Assembly (NCBI GenBank): GCA_963784055.1
Contig: CAWAPY010000019.1
Span: 195,866-259,865 of the forward strand
Length of the DNA: 64,000 nt
Direction: 5' to 3'
From: an uncultured Actinomycetota bacterium
GTDB lineage: Bacteria; Actinomycetota; UBA4738; HRBIN12
Position 1 is the stretch's first letter, and the number at the start of each line of letters is the position of its first letter. The notes beneath the pieces were generated by a model that did not search any database, was not told the DNA's origin, and saw nothing but the letters and a program-made list of their open reading frames with translations. The translations under genes and the position numbers were made by a program. Below are positions 57,316 to 64,000 of the stretch, in pieces.

Positions 57316-57764
57316 ATGCCGATGTGGCGGTGTCCGCATTGCGGGACTCCCCAGGCCGAGACGGCACGGTGCTGGGTCTGTCGGCGGTCCTCCACCACAT
57401 GCGCGACGTGCCGGCAATTACCGGCGGTCGGTCGCGGGGCAACTCGGCTACTGCGGACTGGATGCGCGGCGCCAGCCCCTCAGCGGCGATGAGATCCGCG
57501 GATGCTGGGAGAGCGGCGGCCGGACGGCGCAGTCGCTCGGCTCGACCGCTCCCCTCACGATCGCACCGGCGCAGGGCCGGCGACGGGCGGCGCCGGCCGC
57601 TCGCAGTTCGTCGAGGTCCACGGGCAGCTGGAGCGGACATCCCGGCTGTCGAGCCGCGGAGCCGGACACCGACGCGGCCGGCCGGTGCTCTGACCGCCGC
57701 CCGCTCGCCAGCCGCCGCCGTACGCGAGCCTGGCTGGAACCTGTGGGGCGACCCCGACCGCTGA
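57316..57764 (+). pseudogene. Cys-rich zinc-ribbon-like small protein, frame uncertain after ~57415
   Basis: MPMWRCPHCGTPQAETARCWVCRRSSTTCATCR, continuing in the next frame as NYRRSVAGQLGYCGLDARRQPLSGDEIRGCWE. Three CxxC pairs. The end is not resolved. Confidence 0.35.
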
Positions 57765-57808
57765 GCGGACTGCGCGAGGCCGGGCGATCGGGCACGCAGC
57801 CCGAACGG

Positions 57809-59496
57809 TCACGCCGGTGGCGGCGCCAGGGATGCCGGCGGCACGCGCGTCGGCGTCGGTGTCGGCGTCGGGGTGGGCGTCGGTGTCGGGGTGGGCGTCG
57901 GTGTCGGGGTCGGGGTCGGCGTCGGGGTCGGCGTCGGTGTCGGGCTCGGCGTCGGGCTTGGCTCCGGCCCCTTCGAGATGACGTAGTCGACGGCGATGCC
58001 CTTCGCGACAACGACGCCCGGGGCGACGGGATCTGCGTCACGACGAGACCGTCGGGCACGGTCGGGTCGAATGCCTCGGTCTTGGTCCCCGGCACGAGGC
58101 CGGCCGTCACGATCTCCTGGACCGCCTGGGCCTCGGTCTTGTTGCGCAGGTCCGGCATTGGGACCTGTTCGAGGCCAGAGCGACCGTCACGTCGATCGTC
58201 GCGCCGACCGCGACCAGGGTGCCCGCCGGCGGGTCCTGGGCGATGATCGTGCCGACCGGCTGGTCGGTCGGCCGTGACCGACTCGAGCTTCAGCCCAGGC
58301 CGCTCGGCCTCTCCGGTCGCATCGGCGAGCAGCGTCCCGACGAACTCCGGGACGGCGACCTGCTCGGGGGCTCGTCGGCTCGTCCGGCCCGGACAGGAGC
58401 TGGAAGACGATGAAGGCGACGGCGGCGAGCAGCGCGATAGCGCGATCCCGGCCAGCCAGACGAGCGGGCTCGTGCCGTCCGCTCCTCGTCGGGCTCCGGA
58501 GCTCGCGTGCCGGCGGGCTGGCCGCCGCGGCGTGCGTCGTCGGAACCGGCGTAGGCGTCAGGCGGATACGAGGCGACCGTCGGGTTGGAGCGGGCGACGC
58601 CGGCCGAGCAGCCGCTCCGGCGGCCGCGCTCGCGGCGGCTCCTGCGGGCGCCCGCTGCGCGGTCCGCGATGTCTCGAGAGCGTCGGCCATCGATGCGGCC
58701 GAGGCGAAGCGGTCGATCGGCAGCCGGGCGAGGGCCTTGCGCGTGATGGCCGCCACATCCGGCGGGATCGACGGCCGCGACGAGGGCCGGATCGGGGGTC
58801 GTTCCGCTGAGGCGGGCGAGCGCGACGGCGGCGGCGGTGTCGCCTTCCCACGGCCGCGTGCCGGTGAGCATCTCGTACAGGACGATGCCGAGGGCGTAGA
58901 TGTCGGATTCGTTGGTCGCGGTCTCGCCGCGAGCCTGCTCCGGGCTGAAGTAGTGGACCGACCCGAGCGTCGTGCCGGGCAGCGTCATCTGCGCCTCGGC
59001 GATGGCACGGGCGATCCCGAAGTCGACGACCTTGACCCGGCCGTCCCGGCCGATCAGCACGTTGCCGGGCTTCACGTCGCGATGGACGATGCCGCGTGCG
59101 TGGCCGCGGCCAGGGCGCGTGCCACGGCCGCCGCGATGCGGGCCGCCTGGGACGGCGGCAGGGCGCCGTTCCGCCGCAGGATCGAGGCGAGGTCCTCGCC
59201 GTCGACGAACTCCATGACGATGTACGGCCCGGCCGGGTCCTCGCCGTAGTCGTACACGCGTGACGACGTTCGGGTGGTTCAGCGACGCAGCGTTCTGCGC
59301 CTCCTGGCGGAAGCGCGACGAGAAGTCGGGATCGCGCAGGTACTCCGGCCGGAGCAGCTTGACGGCGACGTCACGCCCGAGCTGCGTGTCGACCGCCCGG
59401 AAGATCGTCGCCATGCCGCCCTGGCCCAGCAGCTCCACGAGCCGGTAGCGGCCGCCCAGGATCGTCCCGATCTCCGCCAAACGTGCCCCTCGACAT
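57809..59496 (-). pseudogene. pknB: PASTA-domain Ser/Thr protein kinase (PknB-like), at least 5 frame changes
   Basis: LGQGGMATIF...VAVKLL, HRDVKPGNVLI, DFGIARA, SPEQARG. TM helix LLAAVAFIVFQLL. Two PASTA units (VAVPEFVGTLLADATGEAERPGLKL..., PDLRNKTEAQAVQEIVTAGLVPG...). (PT)n tail. Confidence 0.85.
57846..57960 (-). repeat. In-frame 6-nt repeat encoding a (Pro-Thr)n tail of the kinase
   Basis: Plus strand cggcgtcggtgtcggcgtcggggtgggcgtcggtgtcgg... translates on the minus strand to PSPTPSPTPTPTPTPTPTPTPTPTPTPTPTPTPTPT. Confidence 0.8.
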
Positions 59497-59560
59497 GGTT
59501 CGGCGCGCCGCCGACGTTCGCGACGCGCTCCGGCCCGCATGGTACCCCACGGCGGCGCGA

Positions 59561-60100
59561 TCAGCCGCCTGTCAGCCTCCGGCGGACGAGGTCCAGGAAC
59601 TCGAGCGAGCTGATCCCATCGAAGAGGCGGCCGCCATGGATCGCCCATTCCTGGGCCTCCTTCGCGGCCGTCAGGGCGAGCAGCACCGCGCGCCAGCGAG
59701 TCCCGGCGACCAGCCGGCCACGCGAGTCGGTCCGACCGCCGCGACGAGCAGGAACCAGAACTCGAAGACATTCGGGAAGACGAGCAGCAGCATCCGCTCG
59801 CCGGTCAATTCGAAGAGGACGAAGCCGACGAACCGGTACGCGTACAGCGCGACCGCGATCGACGCGAGCCGGGCCGGCCCAGCGCAGGGCGACGATCAGG
59901 AAGGTGGCGAGGTAGACCTGATCGAGCCACTTGTCCAGCGCCTGGTAGTCGCCGACCCCACCGAGGTCGAGGGCGTCCCGCAAGAGCAGGTCCGACAGGT
60001 CCGCGAGGATCGCCAGGACGCCGCCGGCCAGGGGCCAGCGCAGGACCGGCAGCGACGCGGCGATGCGGATCACCGCGATCACGAGGATCTCGGGCGTCAC
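59561..60100 (-). pseudogene. Hypothetical membrane protein, frame change(s) mid-gene
   Basis: MTPEILVIAVIRIAASLPVLRWPLAGGVLAILADL...WLDQVYLATFLIVALRW. The middle reads better in another frame (ASIAVALYAYRFVGFVLFELTGERMLLLVFPNVFEFWFLLV). Confidence 0.4.
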
Positions 60101-60122
60101 CGCGCGGCTACCCCTGCGCGCG

Positions 60123-61000
60123 TTACGTCTGGAGGCCGGCCAGGTAGGTGCGGAACTCAGGGGCGAGGTCGGGTCGCTGCAGGGCCAGCTCGACGGATGC
60201 CTTCAGCCAGCCCATCGTGGTCCCCGCGTCGTAGCGCGTGCCCTCGAACTCGTAGGCGAAGACCTCCTGCTCCTCCATCATGGCCTCGATCGCATCGGTC
60301 AGCTGGATCTCGCCGCCGGCGCCGCGCTGCGTCTGCTCGAGCTTGTCGAAGATCTTCGGCGTCAGGACGTAGCGCCCGATGATGGCCAGGTTGGACGGGG
60401 CGTCCTCGGGGCCGGCTTCTCGACGAGCCGCGTGACGCGATGCAGCCGGCCGTGATCGAGGGGATCCTCGGTCCGCTCGCGGCGATGATGCCGTAGCGGC
60501 TGGTCTCCTCGCGGGGGACCTCCATGACCGCCACGACCGAGCCGTGGGTCTGCTGGTAGGCGTGGATCAGCTGGCCGATGCCCGGGCGGTCGCCGATGCA
60601 CACGTCGTCCGGGCAGGAGGACCGCGAACGGCTCGTGCCCGATGAGGTCCTTGGCCATCAGGACGGCATGCCCCAGCCCGAGCTGCTCCTTCTGGCGGAC
60701 GTACGCGACCTGGGCCAGGTCGCTGATGTGCCGCACCTGGCGGAGCATCTCGATGTCGCCCTTCTCCTCGAGCAGGTGCTCGAGTTCGTAGTACAGGTCG
60801 AAGTGGTCCTCGATCGCGCGCTTCTGGCTCGAGGTGACGATGATGATCTGCTCGATGCCCGCGGCAACGGCCTCTTCGACCGCGTACTGGATGATCGGCT
60901 TGTCGACCAGCGGCAGCATCTCTTTGGGCTGCGCCTTGGTGGCGGGCAGGAAGCGGGTGCCCCAGCCCGCGGCAGGGAAAACGGCCTTTCGAACGCGCAT
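60123..61000 (-). pseudogene. galU: UTP--glucose-1-phosphate uridylyltransferase, at least 3 frame changes
   Basis: [40 protein letters not shown]...GLGHAVL, then VEKP...[33 protein letters not shown]...YDAG in other frames. TAA at 60123. Confidence 0.85.
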
Positions 61001-61048
61001 CGAACCTCGTTCGGTAGGGTGTCAGGGGAGGGGATGGGTCGGCCAAGT

Positions 61049-61853
61049 CTAGCACCGGGCCCGTTCAGGGCCGGTCGGCACGGGTCGGCCAGTCGCTCGA
61101 TCGCGCTCTGGAAGCGACTCGGCGAAGCGCCGGACGGCGAGACTGAACGCCTCCGGGCGGTCCAGGTTGGCAAGGTGGGTGGCACCCCGAGGCGGACCCG
61201 GCGCACATCCCGGGCGTCCCGCGCGAAGCCGTCGGCACCCAACCGGAACAGCAGGTCGAACTCGCCGTTGAGGATGAGCGCCGGGCCTGGGTAGGCGGCC
61301 AGCCGCGGCGCGAAGCGCTCGCCGACGAGGGCGCGCAGGGCCTGCGCGCCGCCGGCCGAAGAAGCCCCCGGCGACGATCGGCTCTGCGATGGCCGGCGGA
61401 AAGCGGGTCCGGAAGAACCACGCATTGAGGCGCATCGAGCGGCCGCCCGTCGAGCCGATCCATGACCCAGGCGAGGGCGAGATACGGGGTCGGCGAGCGG
61501 CCGACCGGCTCCTGCGGTCGCGCCCGAGAGGACCAACCCGCGGACGAGGTCCGGACGAGTAGCGGCGAGGTCCATCCCACGTAGCCGCCCAGCGACAGGC
61601 CGACGACGATCGCGCCGCCGCCGGCCGTGCTCGATGACCCGCGCCAGCCTCGGCGGCCGCGGCCAGCGAGAACGGTCGGTCGGCCAGCGCCCCGTGACCT
61701 GGCAGGTCCATCGCGACGACCCGGAAGGAGTCGCGCAGGGCCTCCAGCTGGGGTGTCCACAACGAGCGGGTCAGAGCGCGTGCCGTGGACGAAGACGATC
61801 GCCGGCGCCGTCGCCGGGCCCGCGACGTCGTACGCGCGGGCTTCCGCGGTCAC
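61049..61853 (-). pseudogene. Alpha/beta hydrolase (normal GxSxG), at least 4 frame changes
   Basis: PAIVFVHGTR..., LWTPQLEALRDSFRVVAMDLPGHG, IVVGLSLGGYVG, LILNGEFDLLF, ATHLANLDRPEAFSLAVRRF. The GTG sits in a possible GTGA overlap. Confidence 0.7.
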
Positions 61854-62522
61854 GTCCTCGCGGTCCAGCCCGTGCTGCACGGCAAGCAGCGCCGCCTGCG
61901 TGCGGCTGGCCAGGCCGAGCTTGGCGAGGATGTTCGAGACGTGCGTCCGCGCGGTGCGCTCGGTGATGCCGAGCTCCTCGGCGATCGGGCGGTTCGGAAG
62001 ACCACGGGCGACGCGGGCGAGCACGTCCCGCTCGCGCGCTGTGAGCGCGGCGAGCGCGTCCCGTCCGTGCCGCGGCCGCTGCCCCCGGCCGACCGCCGTC
62101 GCGCATGCGGCGGGCGACGATGCTCGCGACCGCCGGGTCGAGGTGGACCTCGCCGGCCGCCGCCGCGCGGATCGCGGCGGCCAGCTCGTCGGCCTCGGCG
62201 TCCTTGAGCAGGAACCCGGATGCGCCGGCCTCGATGGCCGCCACGACCCGTGCTTCCTCGATGAAGCTCGTGAGGGCGACGATCTCGATGTCGGGCCGCG
62301 GCCTTGATCAGGCGGTCGCCTCGATGCCGTCGAGCCCCGGCATCATCAGGTCCATCACCACGATGTCGGGTTCGAGCACAGCGCCTGCTCGACGGCCTCG
62401 GCGCCGTCGGCGGCCTCGCCGACGACCTCGATGTCGTCGTGCAGGCCCAGGAAGTCGCGCATCCCGCGGCGCACCATCGCGTGGTCGTCGACGAGGAGGA
62501 CGCGGATCGCGCGGTCGGGCAT
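61850..62522 (-). pseudogene. NarL/LuxR-family response regulator, at least 3 frame changes
   Basis: IRVLLVDDHAMVRRGMRDFL...DIVVMDLMMPGLDGIEA / AAIEAGASGFLLKDA / LTAREREVLARVARGLPNRPIAEELGITERTARTHVSNILAKLG. Confidence 0.8.
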
Positions 62523-62541
62523 GGCGGTTGCTCCGTATCCG

Positions 62542-63563
62542 CTACGGGCCGCCCGGGACGACTGGTCCCGTGGCTCGGTCGCCCCGCTCGCGGCGGGTCG
62601 CGACGAGCGCTGGAGCAGCAACGCGCGCCGCAGGATCGCGATCGCCCCGAGGATCTGGATCGGGGCCAGCGCCTCCTGAAGCAGCCACGCCGCCAGCGCG
62701 ACCCCGACGACCGGCTCGAACAGCATGAGGATGCCGGCGCGGGTGCCCCCGATCGATCGGATCCCCGTCAGGAACCCAATGACGGGATCGCGGCAGCGAA
62801 GATTCCCGTGAACGCCAGGAGCGGCAGCACGTTCGGGTTCGCGAGCGGCTGGGACAGCGATTGCACGCCGCCCGCGACGAGGGCGACCGCGACGGCGCCG
62901 ATCCCGGACGCGAGCAGGACCGTTGTCATCGCCTGCTCGGTGGGGACCTCCGGGTACCCGTCACGAGCGAGGATCACGAAGATCGTCTGGCTGACGGCCG
63001 CGCCGAGCGCAAGCGCGATGCCGATGACGTCGAGCCGGATGCCGCCGCCGGATCAAGTTGCGACGCGACGACCAGGACCATGCCGACGATCGCGAGCGCG
63101 AGAGCCAGCACGCGGTTGCCGTCCAGGCGTTCCCGACCGAGCGCGACGTTCGCGACCGCCACGAGCGCCGGATAGGTGTAGAAACCGAGCAGCGCCAGGG
63201 CGATCGTGATGCGATCGAAGGCGATGAACATGCATAGGTTGAGGGTCGTAGCCGCATGACGGCGGCCGGCAGAGCAGCGACCGAGCCCGCAGCGGCAGTG
63301 CTCCCAGGCGGACCAGTCTGGTCGCGCCGCGGCGGACGCGCCACGCGACATAGGCGCCCATACCGAGGAAGCCGATCATCGCCCGCCATGCCACGAATGC
63401 CGGCGGCTCCATCCCTGTCTCGTACGCGAAGCGCGAGAGCGGGCCGAGCATCCCGAACAGCGCCGCCGAGCCGATGACGATCGCGAACCCGACGAAGCGG
63501 CGGGGCCCCGTCGCTCGCCGCGGCCGTCGAGGCGCTGCGCGAGGTCACGTCGGGGGTGGGCAT
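62542..63563 (-). pseudogene. EamA/DMT-family transporter, at least 4 frame changes
   Basis: Hydrophobic pieces in several frames: FGMLGPLSRFAYETGMEPPAFVAWR, FIAFDRITIALALLGFYTYPALVAVANV, LALALAIVGMVLVV, TVLLASGIGAVAVALVAGG, LMLFEPVVGVALAAWLLQEAL. The ends are approximate. Confidence 0.6.
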
Positions 63564-64000
63564 CCGCGCATCGTAGGGCCCGGGCCGCTGATCCGCCGCG
63601 GGCCTGCTGACCGCGCGTCGCGCCGGGCATGCGTGAGCGACCTATCCGGGTACGCGGCTCGCGGATGGCGGCGCGGCGGCTCCCGACGCGGGTTCCCGAG
63701 CCGGATCCCGGTGAACGGGATACGGATCTCGCGGAATACCTCGATCGAGACGAGGAAGCCGAGGAACAGGAACAGGATGCCCAGGAACTTCCCGAGCTGG
63801 AACAGGTCGGTCGAGCCGAACCGGTTGAGCGAATCGGTCAGGGTCGGGATGAATGCCCCGATCGCGATGAGGATCGTCGCCGGGACGCGGCTGTGGATGC
63901 GGCCCGGCGGCCAGCGCCCGGATCGTGCCCGGCAGCGACGCAACGAGGTTGACCACGATCGCCACGGGCGCGATGAGCAGGTTGAACAGGAACTGGTCGC
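63545..64000 (-). pseudogene. Membrane protein of unknown family, 3' part; runs off the window; at least 1 frame change
   Basis: ...VAIVVNLVASLPGTIRAL / ...ATILIAIGAFIPTLTDSLNRFGSTDLFQLGKFLGILFLFLGFLVSIEVF. Confidence 0.35.

Noticed and set aside
57846-57960. Short-period DNA repeats (also at 48046-48120), considered as a possible CRISPR or other repeat locus
   Set aside because: The period is 6 nt and 18 nt respectively, there are no spacers, and both are in frame within the coding sequence (PT tail of the kinase, EGEEGA tail of L25). No CRISPR-like array exists anywhere in the window.

Overview
This is very GC-rich, actinobacterial-type chromosomal DNA. Almost every third codon position is G/C, and gene content and order match the conserved Mycobacterium/Streptomyces core. 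I can support about 70 protein-coding loci, one tRNA-Thr(UGU), a CIRCE operator and two strong hairpin terminators. I saw no rRNA, CRISPR array, transposase, integrase or phage-like genes.

Layout:
- 1-11.3 kb: exported BNR protein, groEL2, S9 peptidase, acs, small regulators, GAF-PAS histidine kinase.
- 11.3-31.8 kb: a block collinear with M. tuberculosis Rv3579c-Rv3608c (rlmB-like, ispF, ispD, carD, radA ... clpC, lysS, coaX, panC, folK, folB, folP).
- ~31846: this block stops abruptly inside folP and directly abuts a 5'-truncated sigma-factor fragment.
- 31.8-48 kb: mixed accessory-looking genes (orphan PAS kinase, MoxR-DUF58-VWA, methyltransferases, YciI plus ECF-like sigma, split NHEJ genes, DUF4153, DUF4349).
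- 48-64 kb: rplY, an mprA/mprB/htrA-like module, folB2-folP2-folC, an Ig-like surface protein, a PASTA Ser/Thr kinase, galU, a hydrolase, a LuxR regulator, an EamA transporter.

Main caveat: roughly half of the loci, including essential genes, can only be read by switching frame one or more times. I interpret this as uncorrected single-base indels in the assembly. Such loci are typed 'pseudogene' here, meaning 'disrupted as sequenced', and their ends are approximate.

I did not find a convincing self-contained novel multi-gene system. The best leads are all modest:
- the folP/sigma junction;
- a nucleophile-less alpha/beta-hydrolase-fold gene translationally coupled inside the folate operon;
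- a small Cys-containing ORF coupled to folC;
- a few unassigned small proteins.
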